Notes: a model not told the origin generated them from the sequence alone. Counted from the stretch's first letter, positions 35,205-48,335 are shown. The stretch: 48,908 bases of DNA from Octopus bimaculoides (GCF_001194135.2 NC_068996.1:34177415-34226322), one strand, 5' to 3'. Translations and numbers: made by a program.

Positions 35205-36106
35205 CATATATATGACGGGCTTCTTTCAGTTTCTGTCTACTTACCACACAGCCACTCCTACGCCTACACAGCCAGGCTGAAATTAGATAAGGAAGGAATA
35301 CAGCTTTTGGGTACCTTTAGTTGGGCTCTCCCTGTTACAAGCAAGTAGGTTATGTCTTCTTCCCATCATTCACAGAAGCCCTTAAAAGGGTCACTGGTGT
35401 TACACTACCTGCTCTGATTTTACCAACAAAAACAAAAATGTTTTTTGTTTAATCAACTTGATACAATTGAATCTCTTGGAAGAATATTCTAAAGTAGTGA
35501 AGCATTTGTTACTTATACACTTACCTTGGTTTTTACCACAGGGAACTCCATTTATTCACTGTAATTTGGTGATCTGAGCTGTTAACATTTAGTGTCTGAG
35601 TTATAACCAAGACAATGCTGGGAGGATAGGATTTGAAAACTTTGCCTCTTGTCCGTTGATCCTAGATTTGGAAATTATATACATGATGTAGTTTTGATTG
35701 TCCATAAAATCTGATGGACATTCTACTGCATTATTGATATATGCATCCACTATTGTCAGTTGATTCGTATTTTTACTTCAAAGTAAGAGTGAAATGTTTA
35801 AATAAAAAGTTTGTTAGGTAAAAAGTCAAATTAGATAAGTTTTTGGAGTAATTCATTATTTTCATACTATTACTGTGAATTAATAATGAGTGATATGTAT
35901 AGCTAATTTGACCATATCCAACAGGATAATGTTTTGCTTGGTGGGTTTATAAGAGCAGGACTTATATCTTCTACCTTTTACTTACTAGCAACTTTAATTT
36001 GAAAATAATATACAGTTTAAATGCATTTTAAATCTTCATAAATATTTTTAATTTTAAAATATTTTATATAGTAATTGAATAATTTTCTTTTTAATTATTT
36101 TTTCAG

Positions 36107-36210
36107 CTCTAATCATTGCACTTGCCAGCGTTGATCTTCATTTCATAAATCATGCTTATTATAGCACTTTGTTGCGAGGAGCTTCTGTTCAGTTAGTTTT
36201 CGGATTTGAG
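36107..36210 (+). CDS. SYVN1: HRD1/synoviolin coding exon 5
   Basis: (S)LIIALASVDLHFINHAYYSTLLRGASVQLVFGFE; phase 1 start matches exon 4. Confidence 0.95.
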
Positions 36211-36445
36211 GTAGATATATAATTACTGTTTCATTCTCTTGGGATTTTTTTTTTCTGTTCATTTTATTTCAGTTTCAGTTACTTTACATTAAAAATTTTA
36301 CAAGTTATTGTTCCAAGTCGAGCATTTAGTGTTTAAGCCAATCAGATCTTGTGGTATACTGTTCTTGGTAGCAGGAAAACTCTTGAGATTTTATTCCTGT
36401 TTCATCACCTCTATTTTATATGAATACTTTAACATATCTCACATG

Positions 36446-36900
36446 AAACCTTAGACAAAACACACCACTCTATATACATATCTAACATCATTACTATTAT
36501 GTTAACTAAACTGTTAAACTTTAGACAAGACACATCACTTTATATAATACATTAACATAACACATTATTAGTACTACAATAACTAAAATGTTAAACCTTA
36601 AACATGACACACAGCTCTATATAAATACTTATCTAATACCATCAATATTTTGAAAGCTAAAGTGTAAAACCTTAAACTAGACACACCACTTTACATAAAC
36701 ACATCGCCAAAGTTGACTTCGCCTTTCATTTTTCTGGGGTAGATAAAATAAGTACCAGTCAAATACTGGAGTCGATGTAATTGACTTACCACCTCCCCTG
36801 AAATTGCTGGCCCTGTGCCAAAATTTGAAACCAATATTATGATTTCTAAAGTATTAAAAACCTTAGGCTAGTTACACCGCTCTACATAAAAACATCAGTG
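36446..36900 (+). repeat. Degenerate 70-77-bp minisatellite (5 units) interrupted by a SINE fragment (about 36706-36840)
   Basis: AAACyTTArACwAGACACAyCACTyTAyATA recurs at 36446, 36516, 36593, 36667 and 36858. Confidence 0.75.
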
Positions 36901-37028
36901 TATCTCACACCAAAGATGTGTTACACGATATGAAAATATTAATATCTCTAACAGTAATAAATATTATGAATGCTAATACTTTTTGGCTAATTTTCTTATA
37001 TAACCCTGATATTTCTCCTATTTTTCAG

Positions 37029-37155
37029 TATGCCATTTTGTTAACAGTTGTACTGATGACATTAACAAAATATATTCTTCATGCTTTTGATCTTCAAAGT
37101 GAAAATCCTTGGGAAAATAAGGCAGTATATCTTCTTTATACAGAATTGATCATGG
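37029..37155 (+). CDS. SYVN1: HRD1/synoviolin coding exon 6
   Basis: YAILLTVVLMTLTKYILHAFDLQSENPWENKAVYLLYTELIM + 1 nt; AG and GT boundaries. Confidence 0.96.
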
Positions 37156-38338
37156 GTAACATCAGTTTTTACTTACGATTTGATAATTCTAAAATTAATC
37201 TTGTTTGTTGTTGCATTGAATTTTTGATTTGATTAGTAAACTTCTTCATAATCTTTGGATGTTGATTTAATTACATGTGAACAGAGATATATAGAGGGAA
37301 AAAAAGAAGATGAATGAATAATGGAGTTAAGGCAGCAGAATGGGGGAGGGGTACTGTGTAAGTGGAAATTGTTAGTAATTATGATACACCATCATCACTG
37401 CTTGACTTATGTTCATGCTAGTTGGATGATTTAATGGGATCCAACAAGCTAGAGAACTGCTTTGGCATGGTTAAACACCACTCATTTCACAGTGTGTACA
37501 GGGTGCATTTTTTCATGACATTGGCATAGTAGGATCACCAAGTAACTTGCAAACCAAAGGAAAGACTTTCAACAAGTGGGGTTGTAATAGAGAGGGAGGT
37601 GGCTTTATGCGAAATATTGAGAAGCTAAATCATGACAGAGGGACAGGCGTAGGTATCTTGTTATAGGGGAGATACATGGCTATCCAGTATTATACAAGGA
37701 TGGGTGAGAGTAACTGAGAAGACAATGATGGTAGTGACAAGTAAATGTGATGCATTATGATATAAACAAAATGGTCAAGGAGTGAACTTAGCTTAGAGAG
37801 AAAGGAGAATTATCTCTTTCTGTCTCATTTTATCTGTGTATCTGTTGCACTTGAAAGTTTATGAATTGGTGGTGGGGAGAGTCAGGCCAATCTATCAACT
37901 AACTTGTCTCTTCACCAATGTCATTGGATATTGGCCTGTTACAAATTTACTCACCACCTCTCTACTAATACACAAGCCATACCTCTTATGCTTCTCTCAA
38001 GCAACACTCCCACACTCTATCTCTCACCCATTTCTACTGTCCAGGCTACATTAAGTATTCAAATTTCATTCAGGAAGATAGATACTAAATGGGTTCTTGC
38101 ATGGTTTTGAGGTTAATAATTTTGTTTTGCGACCATGTAGTTCTAGCTTTGGTTTTGATACACATCTTATTTAAGTGTTTTCTGCTGAAGCCTTGCTTAT
38201 AAAGGGAAACTGTATATTCGTTTTCTTATGCTAGTGGATTGATTGAATGCATATTATTGAGAAGGTGTTTTACAGATGGATGCCGCTCCTGTTGCTAACT
38301 CTTGTTATTCAAGTAAATGATATTTCAATTCAGTAGTA

Positions 38339-38752
38339 GGTGCAGGTGTGGTTGTGTAGTAAGAAGTTTGCTTCCCAACCACATGGTTTGGGATTCAGTC
38401 CCATTGCATAACACATTGGACAGGTGTCATCTACTATAGCCTTGGGTCAACTAAAGCCTTGTGATTGGATTTGATGCACAAAAGCTGAAAAAAGCCTCTC
38501 ATGCGTGTGTGTGTGTGTGTATTATTGTTTCCGTATCTTAACTTCGCACAGTAATTATAAATGAGTATCATTGTCATGCAAGCAATGTCCTTCATTTTCA
38601 ATCTTCCATGAAAACATGTCTGGTCATGGAGAGAAATATTACCTTACTTGGTGACAGGAAGAGCATCTGGCTGTAGAAAAATCTGCCTAAAAAAATTCTG
38701 TTCCACCTATGCAAGCATGGCAAAGTAAACACTAATGTGGATGTTAATGATG
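38339..38752 (+). mobile_element. SINE (tRNA-like head)
   Basis: GGTGTGGTTGTGTAGTAAGAAGTTTGCTTCCCAACCACATGG...; paralogous to 40615-41160 and to the minus-strand copies. Confidence 0.65.
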
Positions 38753-38883
38753 AGTAGGAGTGCCTGTTTAGATCATGGGCATTACATTTCCTCCTCTTAA
38801 TGACTTAAAAACAAATCAATTAAAACTGATTTGTTATTTTTAACCACCTTATTTTAATTTTTAATTTTTTCCTTATGTTTCAG

Positions 38884-38983
38884 GATTGATCAAAGTACTT
38901 TTATATGTATTATTTATGGTCATTGTAATTAAAGTTCACACATTCCCACTTTTTACGATACGGCCAATGTACCTTTCTGTGAG
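38884..38983 (+). CDS. SYVN1: HRD1/synoviolin coding exon 7
   Basis: (G)LIKVLLYVLFMVIVIKVHTFPLFTIRPMYLSV + 2 nt; CAG and GTAAAT boundaries. Confidence 0.96.
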
Positions 38984-39019
38984 GTAAATATTGCTTCTTC
39001 TTTATATATTATCATTGGT

Positions 39020-39038
39020 ATCATTATTGTTATTGTTA

Positions 39039-39084
<46 letters not shown>

Positions 39085-39127
39085 CATCATCATCATCATC
39101 ATTATCATTATTATTATTATTATTATT
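39020..39127. repeat. Compound (TTG)/(ATT)n/(ATC)n microsatellite
   Basis: Direct reading of the sequence. Confidence 0.95.
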
Positions 39128-40039
39128 TACTAGTGAATGAGAGAGCAGTGCATGCCATCAAAGTGACACTGGGGTAAAATTTACGAAGCCCAGTATACCC
39201 ATCATGACTACCCATCTGATAAGGGTACACTAGACACATGCATCACAACCATATGTGTGCGACATAGTGATCTCATATCAAGATAAACTGCGTATGACCT
39301 TGCAGGTTGAGTAGACCATCCCACTCAAAACGTCCCTGAATAAGGGTTGTTTAAGGCTGAACAAAACTCCCATGTTTCCAAAGGTGAATTATTCAAACCC
39401 CAAACTGGTACTGCATCAGGGCATTTATTATTATTATTTCATTTATTGCTATTATCATCATTATTATATCATCATCATCATTTGTTGTTAGCTGACAGAA
39501 TCGTTAACATGCAGGACTTTGCTGTTCATCTTTTTGGCGTCAATAAAATACTAGTCATGTACTGGGGATCAATGTAATCAATTATCCCCTACCCTTAAAC
39601 TGCTGGCCTTGTGACAAAATTTGAAGTATTATTATTATTTTCATCATTAAGGCAGTAAACTGGCAAAAACGTTAGCAAACCAGACGCAATGCATAGTGAC
39701 ATTTCTTCCAGCTTTACCTTCTGAATTTGAATTCTGCTGAGGCGAACTTTACCTTTCATCCTTTTGGCATCAATAAAATAAATATCAATTGAGCACTGAA
39801 GTTGATTTAATCGACTATGACGCTCTCTCAAATTTTAGGCCTTGTGCTTATATATATGAAACTAATATTATCATCAAACCTTGCTCAGATCAACATTGCT
39901 TTTAATTTCCCCATTAAATAAATAAAACACCTGTCAAGTACTAGCATTGATGTAATTGACTAGCTCCAGTCTGCTTCTTCCATCAAAATTACTGGTCTTG
40001 TATCTGAATTAAAGTGTTATTATTGTGAAAGTGTCAATG

Positions 40040-40480
40040 TACATGATATTAGAAATAATTTAAGTAGCTAATTTGAGCAAGAGATTAGCAGATGCTCTGA
40101 GATGGTTTTGGTAGTATGAGTATTGGGCCTCATGGAGGCAAAGTGGCTGAGTTCCTTTTGAGTGTTGGGCCCCACGGAGGCAATGACCAAAACCTTTGGC
40201 ATTATGTCGTGCCTGAGAAGAAAACCCATCAAGCTGAGCAAAATCGCAGTCATAGCATATATCGGTGTCACACAAATAGTACCCGTGCTACCTTGATGCA
40301 AATGGCACCCAGGTAGCACGTAAAAACATCCATTACATCACAGGATTGGTTGGTGTTAAGAAGGGCATCCAGTCGTAGAAAACCATGCCAAATCAGACTA
40401 GATCCTGGTGCAGTCCAGTCAAACTGTCCAACCCATGCCAGCATGGACAATGGACATTAAATGATGATGATGATGATCAC
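40040..40480 (+). mobile_element. RTE-family 3' UTR fragment
   Basis: Ends ...CAACCCATGCCAGCATGG...TTAAATGATGATGATG. Confidence 0.7.
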
Positions 40481-40614
40481 CTGACAAAAAGGTTATACAA
40501 GATCTGAGTCCTATTAGTCAGCCTGTTATGCTTTTCTCTTTCACATTGAAATAGCTTTAACATTAAAAACTTGATAGTTAATTTTATGTACAATTTTATG
40601 AAATTGTAAAATCA

Positions 40615-41160
40615 GTGTGGTTGTGTTAAAAGAAGTTTGTTTCCTTACCACATGCCTCTGGGTTCAATTCCACTGCATTGTACCTTGAACTAGTGTTTTC
40701 TACTATAGCCCTGGGCTGACCAAAGATTTGTGAGTGGATTTATTAGATAGAAACTGAAAAAAGCCTGTCATATTATCATCATCATCATTTAACATCTGTT
40801 TTCTATGTGGGAATGGGTTGGAAAGTTTGACAGGAGCTGATCAGGCTCCTTGTCTCCTTTGGGATGGTCTCTACAGTTGGATGCTTCCTAATGTCAATAC
40901 ATTTCCTAATGTTGTATATATGTATGAATATGATGTATATGTGTTACTGCGACATTGTGTGATAGTTGTAAACAAATGTTACCTTCATGAAAATGGTGCT
41001 CTTCATCTTCCATGAAAGCATGTCTGGTCATAGGGGAATATTACCTTACTTGGAAACAGGTGAGGGTTGATGACAGGAATTATATCCTGCCATACAAAGA
41101 ACTACAACAAAATTCCATCCAATCCATGGAAAAGGGGACATTAAAGTGATAATAATGTAA
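40615..41160 (+). mobile_element. SINE with a nested RTE 3' tail fragment (about 40770-40890, minus)
   Basis: Head and body match 38339-38752. There is an internal CATCATCATTTAACATCTGTTTTC insertion. Confidence 0.6.
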
Positions 41161-41636
41161 TGTTTGCATGTTTAGGAGACCTGAGCACTTTGACACACAC
41201 ACATATACACACAGTAGACTCTCAGTGTCTGTCTTCTAAATCCACATAACCAGGCTTTGGTTGATTTGAATCCATAGTAGAATACACTTGCCCAAAGTGC
41301 CATGAAGTGAGACTGAACTCAAAACCACGTAGACAGATAGTGAATTAATGTATGCATACTGTTGATAAGCCAGTTACTGCAGTAGCTGTCCTGAGATAAC
41401 ATCTCCGATGGACTTGCTGTGTTAAAAACACAAATCTCAGAGAACGACAGGAATTTATCCCAGTAGCAAGGAAGTCCATAAGAGTTGTAACTAGTCTATC
41501 AATCATCCGATCATAAAAACCATACCAAACACAGACAGTGGAGCTTGATGCAGCCCTCTGGCTTTCTACTTCTTTGTCAAACTAGCCAAGTCATGCCAGC
41601 ATGGAAGACAGATGTTAAATTTTTGTTAATTTCCTA

Positions 41637-41677
<41 letters not shown>

Positions 41678-41900
41678 ACACACACACACACATAAATAGG
41701 ATGGGCTTCTTTCAGTTTCCATCTACCAAATCCACTCATAAGGCTTTGGTTGGCTTGAAACTATAATGGAAGATAATTACTGAAGGTACCACACAGTGGG
41801 ACTGAACCCAGAACCATGTGGTTGGGAAGCAAACTTCTTACCACACAGTCATATCTTGTTTATTTTTTTTTTAATTCTTAACCTTCCCCCCCACCCCCAT

Positions 41901-42150
41901 AGGAGGTGGGGCTTAGTGATTAAGGTGTTGGACTCATGATTGTAAAAGTGTGGTTTTGATTCCTGGACCAGGCAACGTGTTGTGTTTTTGAGCAAAACAC
42001 TTCATGTTACTCCAACCCACTCAGCTGGCAAAAATTAGTAATCCTGTGATGGACCAGCATCCTGTCCAGATGATGGATTTATATGCCATGGAAACCAGGA
42101 AGCTAGCCCTTATGAGTCGACATGACTTGAAAAGGTAACCATTATCTTTT
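41901..42150 (+). mobile_element. SINE of a second family (tRNA-like head)
   Basis: GGCTTAGTGATTAAGGTG (A-box-like)...GGTTTTGATTCC (B-box-like)...TTGAGCAAAACACTTCA. Confidence 0.55.
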
Positions 42151-42493
42151 TTTTTCATGTACTCACTCCCTACAGAAAAGCCAAGTCGATCTTGCTAGGC
42201 TTTAAGCTCACAAGGATATATGAAGCTAATCCCTAAAGCATTAATACTATTGTTCCATTATGTCAACCTGTTGTTTCTTTTAGTGTTATAAATACCACTG
42301 CTCTTACCAATTGCAATTAAAACAAAAAATAACCCCTCTGTTTTAAAGTTTATGATGTAGCCTCAAATACAACTGATTCAAGTTGATAGATTTGGTTTGA
42401 TTTTATTTATTTATTCATTTTATGTTTGTCCAGAAAATATTTTTAGCTGAAACTATTTTCATCTGCTTTAACTTTTTCTGATTTTCTTCTCAG

Positions 42494-42559
42494 AGCATTC
42501 AAGAAAGCACTCAATGATATTGTCATGTCCAGAAGAGCTATAAGAAATATGAACACTTT
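42494..42559 (+). CDS. SYVN1: HRD1/synoviolin coding exon 8
   Basis: (R)AFKKALNDIVMSRRAIRNMNT + 2 nt; CAG and GTAAGT boundaries. Confidence 0.96.
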
Positions 42560-42611
42560 GTAAGTTATTCAGTTTTATTGTTTTACAAAAGTCTAAATTT
42601 AGTTTGAATAT

Positions 42612-45600
42612 ATCATCATCATCATCGTTTAACGTCCGCTTTCCATGCTAGCATGGGTTGGACGATTTGACTGAGGACTGGTGAAACCAGATGGCTACAC
42701 CAGGCTCTAATCTGATTTGGCTGAGTTTCTACAGCTGGATGCCCTTCCTAATGCCAAGCACTCAGAGAGTGTAGTGGGTGCTTTTACGTGCCACTGGCAC
42801 GAAGGCCAGGTAGGCGGTACTGGCAACAGCCACGCTCAAAATGGTATATTTTACGTGCCACCAGCACAAGAGNNNNNNNNNNNNNNNNNNNNNNNNNNNN
42901 NNNNNNNNNNNNNNNNNNNNNNNNNNNNNNNNNNNNNNNNNNNNNNNNNNNNNNNNAGGAGACGACGTTGGCATGGGTGCCAGTTGTCGAATTTAGTTCG
43001 ATTTCGATTTCACTTGCCTCAACAGGTCTTCGCAAGCGGAGTTTAGTGTCCAATGAAGGAAAGGAACGCATAAGTGGGCTGGCTACATCCCTCGCAGAGG
43101 CCTTGCATTTAGGCCTCACTTGGCTTGCCGGGTCTTCTCAAGCACAGCATATTTCCAAAGGTCTCGGTCAGAAGTCATCGCCTCAGTGAAGCCCAATGTT
43201 CGAAGGTCTTGCCTCATCCCAAGTCTTCCTGGGCCTACCTCTTCCACAGGTTCCCTCAACTGCTAGGGTGTGGCACTTTTTCACACTGCTATCCTCGTCC
43301 ATTCTCACCATATGACCATACTGACACAATCGTCTCTCTTGCACACCACAACTGATGCTTCTTAGGTTCAACTTTTCTCTCAAGGTACTTACACTCTGTC
43401 GAGTATGCACACTGACATTANNNNNNNNNNTTCTCTCAAGGTACTTACACTCTGTCGAGTATGCACACTGACATTACACATCCATCGGAGCATACTGGCT
43501 TCATGCCTTGCGAGCCTACGCATGTCTTCAGCAGTCACGGCCAATGTTTCACTGCCATGTAGCATGGCTTTTCGTACACATGCGTCATACAGTCTGCCTT
43601 TTACTCTGAGAGAGAGACCCTTTGTCACCAGAAGAGGTAAGAGCTCTCTCAACTTTGCCAAGGCTATTCTTATTTTAGCAGCTACACTTTCAGCGCACCC
43701 ACCCCCACTACTAACTTGGTCACCTAGATAGCGGAAGCTATCAACCACTTCTAGTTTTTCTCCCTGGAATGTGGCAGAAGTTCTTTTCTGCACATTTACA
43801 GTGTTTATAGCTCCTGAACATCTGCTACATACAAAAACTAACTTCCTAGTTAACCTTCCTTTGATATTGCTGCACCTCTTATGTGTCCATAGCTTGCACT
43901 GGGTGCATCTTATAGAGTTTCTACCTACGCCTGAAGGTGTTTGTGATTTTTCTACCTTCCTACTTATTAGGNNNNNNNNNNNNNNNNNNNNNNNNNNNNN
44001 NNNNNNNNNNNNNNNNNNNNNNNNNNNNNNNNNNNNNNNNNNNNNNNNNNNNNNNNNNNNNNNNNNNNNNNNNNNNNNNNNNNNNNNNNNNNNNNNNNNN
44101 NNNNNNNNNNNNNNNNNNNNNNNNNNNNNNNNNNNNNNNNNNNNNNNNNNNNNNNNNNNNNNNNNNNNNNNNNNNNNNNNNNNNNNNNNNNNNNNNNNNN
44201 NNNNNNNNNNNNNNNNNNNNNNNNNNNNNNNNNNNNNNNNNNNNNNNNNNNNNNNNNNNNNNNNNNNNNNNNNNNNNNNNNNNNNNNNNNNNNNNNNNNN
44301 NNNNNNNNNNNNNNNNNNNNNNNNNNNNNNNNNNNNNNNNNNNNNNNNNNNNNNNNNNNNNNNNNNNNNNNNNNNNNNNNNNNNNNNNNNNNNNNNNNNN
44401 NNNNNNNNNNNNNNNNNNNNNNNNNNNNNNNNNNNNNNNNNNNNNNNNNNNNNNNNNNNNNNNNNNNNNNNNNNNNNNNNNNNNNNNNNNNNNNNNNNNN
44501 NNNNNNNNNNNNNNNNNNNNNNNNNNNNNNNNNNNNNNNNNNNNNNNNNNNNNNNNNNNNNNNNNNNNNNNNNNNNNNNNNNNNNNNNNNNNNNNNNNNN
44601 NNNNNNNNNNNNNNNNNNNNNNNNNNNNNNNNNNNNNNNNNNNNNNNNNNNNNNNNNNNNNNNNNNNNNNNNNNNNNNNNNNNNNNNNNNNNNNNNNNNN
44701 NNNNNNNNNNNNNNNNNNNNNNNNNNNNNNNNNNNNNNNNNNNNNNNNNNNNNNNNNNNNNNNNNNNNNNNNNNNNNNNNNNNNNNNNNNNNNNNNNNNN
44801 NNNNNNNNNNNNNNNNNNNNNNNNNNNNNNNNNNNNNNNNNNNNNNNNNNNNNNNNNNNNNNNNNNNNNNNNNNNNNNNNNNNNNNNNNNNNNNNNNNNN
44901 NNNNNNNNNNNNNNNNNNNNNNNNNNNNNNNNNNNNNNNNNNNNNNNNCACCTGGTTAACAATACGGGTGACTAGGCTATAGCCAACACTGCCAGATATT
45001 TTGAGCATCTCTGCAGTGATTCCTGATGGGCCGGGGGCCTTCCCTGTCTTCATACTTTTAATTGCTTTATCTACCATGGTACTGTCAACTCGGATAGCTG
45101 GTCCCTCTGTTGGGTCGACATTCGGCAGACTCTCTTTCTCCCATTCATTCTCTTTATTGAGCAATCTTTCGTAGTGGCGTCTCCATACCTCTTTCTTTGC
45201 AGCCTCATTTAGTGCAAGCGTACCATCATCCATGCGAACACATTTCTCTCCCATGACATCACAATTCTCTCTCACACACTGTCTTGCAACACAAAATACC
45301 TCAAGTCTTTGGTCATCACAGCACAGAACATTGGCAAACTTTTTCTTATCTGCTTCCCCTCTGGCAGTCTGATACAATTCCCTGCTACCACCGTTCTTCC
45401 AGTCCTTCCAAGCCTGTTTCTTTTGTCTAATAGCCCTGTCAACAATATTGTTCCACCACCACGTTATTTTGGGTCAAGAGGGGACTTTGCACTATCCACA
45501 GATCTGGTCAGTGGCCCTCAGCAGGTTGTCCTGTAGAAACAACTAGTTGTCTTCTACATTGTGTGAAGCTACATCCCCCTCTATTTCATCAAAGGCTTTG

Positions 45601-46930
45601 AGTAATAAGTCTCTAAATCTCTGTCGATACGCAGGGTCTTTGAGCTTCCAGACCCTTCTCCTCCAAGCTGGTTGTCTCCTGGGCAACCACTTGGCCCTAA
45701 TCCTGAAGTCACTAACTACTAGTCTATGTTGTGGAGTGCATTCTTCACCTGGGAAGGTTTTGGCATTTATAAGCAGCCATCTTTCCATTATTTCTGGTGA
45801 GGATGTAGTCAATTTGGCTAGAGTGCCTGCCAGAACGGTAGGTGACTAGGTGACTGGCAGGTTTCCTGAAGTTAGTATTGCAGACCATAAGGTCATTTGC
45901 GTCACAGAACTCCAGCAGTCTGGTTCCCTCCTCATTGCGGGAACCAAAACTATAGCCTCCATGTACGCCATAGAAGCCCCCTGAATGTTGTCCAACATGA
46001 CCNNNNNNNNNNNNNNNNNNNNNNNNNNNNNNNNNNNNNNNNNNNNNNNNNNNNNNNNNNNNNNNNNNNNNNNNNNNNNNNNNNNNNNNNNNNNNNNNNN
46101 NNNNNNNNNNNNNNNNNNNNNNNNNNNNNNNNNNNNNNNNNNNNNNNNNNNNNNNNNNNNNNNNNNNNNNNNNNNNNNNNNNNNNNNNNNNNNNNNNNNN
46201 NNNNNNNNNNNNNNNNNNNNNNNNNNNNNNNNNNNNNNNNNNNNNNNNNNNNNNNNNNNNNNNNNNNNNNNNNNNNNNNNNNNNNNNNNNNNNNNNNNNN
46301 NNNNNNNNNNNNNNNNNNNNNNNNNNNACCTGTGTTCTTTGCCTGTGAGGAACCTCCTCTCTACCTTACTTCTTGGAGGCAGCAGATATCGACACATCTC
46401 TGTTCAAGCATCTCAACAATCTCACCAGACCTACCTTTCAGTGTGCCGACGTTAAGAGTGCCAACCCTGAGGGTGTGGGAGGTATGGGCCCGTGAGACCC
46501 TGGGGCGGGGAACAGCAGCATCATGTACCTGAAAAGAAAGCTCGCATTTTGCAGAATTCATAACAATCAGTAGCATTCATTTTGCACCATATTTTGCACC
46601 ATATGATCTCTACCTTACATAGGGGATAAACCCTAAGTGGGGGTGGGAAATCTTTAGAAGTGATCATGGAGGACAGTCACAGTACTGGTGAGGAAGATAG
46701 GAACTACCGGTACTGGTGGAGAAGATAGGAACTTCCGGTACTGGTGTAGAAGATAGGGACTTCCGGTACTGGTGGAGGGGGAGCACCAAAACCGCGTGAT
46801 GCAAGGGGTTAATCGAAAGAGGAAGGAGAGGAGAGAGAGAGGTAAAGAGCTAGGGAACTAGGGAGTGGGATCGAGAAAGACATAGTAAAGCAGATATCGA
46901 AAGAGACAGAGTAAAGCAGAGAAGGTTAGG
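42612..46930 (-). mobile_element. Near full-length RTE-clade LINE, antisense in HRD1 intron 8 (gapped; 5' boundary uncertain)
   Basis: APE start VGTLNVGTLKGRSGE...CCLQEVR (46361-46460), QHRLVVSD, KAPGPSGITAEMLK, MLHGSET and RWMCNV. (ATG)n 3' tail at 42612-42626. Confidence 0.88.
46682..46777. repeat. 28-bp tandem repeat, 3.4 copies, upstream of the RTE ORF
   Basis: GTACTGGTGGAGAAGATAGGAACTTCCG units start at 46682, 46710, 46738 and 46766. Confidence 0.9.
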
Positions 46931-47648
46931 CCCAGTCATTAGACTGCAGCCATACTGGGGCACTACCTTGAAGTGATTTTAGTCAAACAAATTGACCTCC
47001 AGTACTTACTTTTTAAGTCTGATACATATATTAGTCCTTTTTGCTAAACTGCTAAGTTGCAGGGAAGTAAACAAACCGATACTGGTTGTCAAGTAGTGGT
47101 GGGGTGAACTAACACAGACACACACACACACACACATTTGCATATATATATATACATCTATCAAATTCACTCACAAGTCATTGATTAGCCTAAGGCTTTA
47201 GTAGGTCTGAACATATTTGGAGACCCTAAGCCAGAATAAAGAAAAGCAGAAAAAGAATAAGAAAGTATTGGATAAGAGATAACTAAAGATACAGTAAGAA
47301 AGAAGAGAGAGTGAGACTAAGAATGAATTTGATGACAGATGACAGTATAAGGTACACAGGAAATATTTTCTGATTGATCACTCAGGAAGATACAATAATA
47401 TTCTTAACATTACAATATTATCATGTGATGTAGAACAATCTATTCATATTTACAATTTGTTTGTATGATTTATTTCATATTCTAACAAACCCTGTTATTT
47501 TTTCACAGATACTTGGACAGCTTAGAAATAAAATTTTATAGTACAACTCAAATCAATTTTACAGCCTAATTAATACCAAAGATTCAGTTGCCTACTTATT
47601 AAGTGTAATGTACTTAATGCTTTATAAATTGTTTCTTCTTCTTTACAG

Positions 47649-47929
47649 ATATCCAGATGCAACACCAGAAGAATTGTCTTCAGGTGATAATGTCTGTATA
47701 ATATGTAGAGAAGAGATGGTTACTGCTTGTAAGAAATTGCCATGTAATCACATTTTCCATGCAAGCTGTTTACGTTCTTGGTTTCAACGTCAACAAACAT
47801 GCCCCACTTGTCGTATGGATATTCTCCGAATTCCACGGCCTCAACCAGCACAGCCTCAACAAGCACAACCACAACAAAATGTCCCCCAGCCACCATTACA
47901 GCCACCACATCCACAGTTTCCACACAACA
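47649..47929 (+). CDS. SYVN1: HRD1/synoviolin coding exon 9 (RING-H2 finger and start of the P/Q-rich region); gene continues beyond the window
   Basis: (L)YPDATPEEL...CIICREEMVTACKKLPCNHIFHASCLRSWFQRQQTCPTCRMD is C3H2C3. GTAAGT donor at 47930. The nine exons sum to 1102 nt in a continuous frame. Confidence 0.97.
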
Positions 47930-48297
47930 GTAAGTTTACTAATTCTATTTCCTTCCTTTTGTTGCTCAGTTGCTGCAATGACTAATTTCTTTTAATTAGT
48001 AACAATATTAATTTTTGCAATGAATGGAGATGGCTAGTTATAGACACATGTATTGAGATTATGAATACAAGCATTAATGGCAGTTGTTCTTACACTAAGT
48101 AAAGTAATTGAGATATAGCTAAATCTCTATTNNNNNNNNNNNNNNNNNNNNNNNNNNNNNNNNNNNNNNNNNNNNNNNNNNNNNNNNNNNNNNNNNNNNN
48201 NNNNNNNNNNNNNNNNNNNNNNNNNNNNNNNNNNNNNNNNNNNNNNNNNNNNNNNNNNNNNNNNNNNNNNNNNNNNNNNNNNNNNNNNNNNNNNNNN

Positions 48298-48335
<38 letters not shown>

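Noticed and set aside
43375-43480. Direct repeat of about 46 bp on both sides of a 10-N gap (a similar case lies at 1350-1475)
   Set aside because: A typical contig-overlap scaffolding artefact, not a biological duplication.
46529-46618. Apparent 90-nt intron (GTAAGG...TTTTCAG, minus strand) at the start of the RTE ORF
   Set aside because: Splicing gives no in-frame upstream ATG, while the unspliced frame has its own ATG (MNSAKCELSFQVH...). It is probably coincidental.
46682-46777. CRISPR-like appearance of the 28-bp repeats
   Set aside because: The units are directly adjacent with no unique spacers, there are no cas genes, and the context is eukaryotic.
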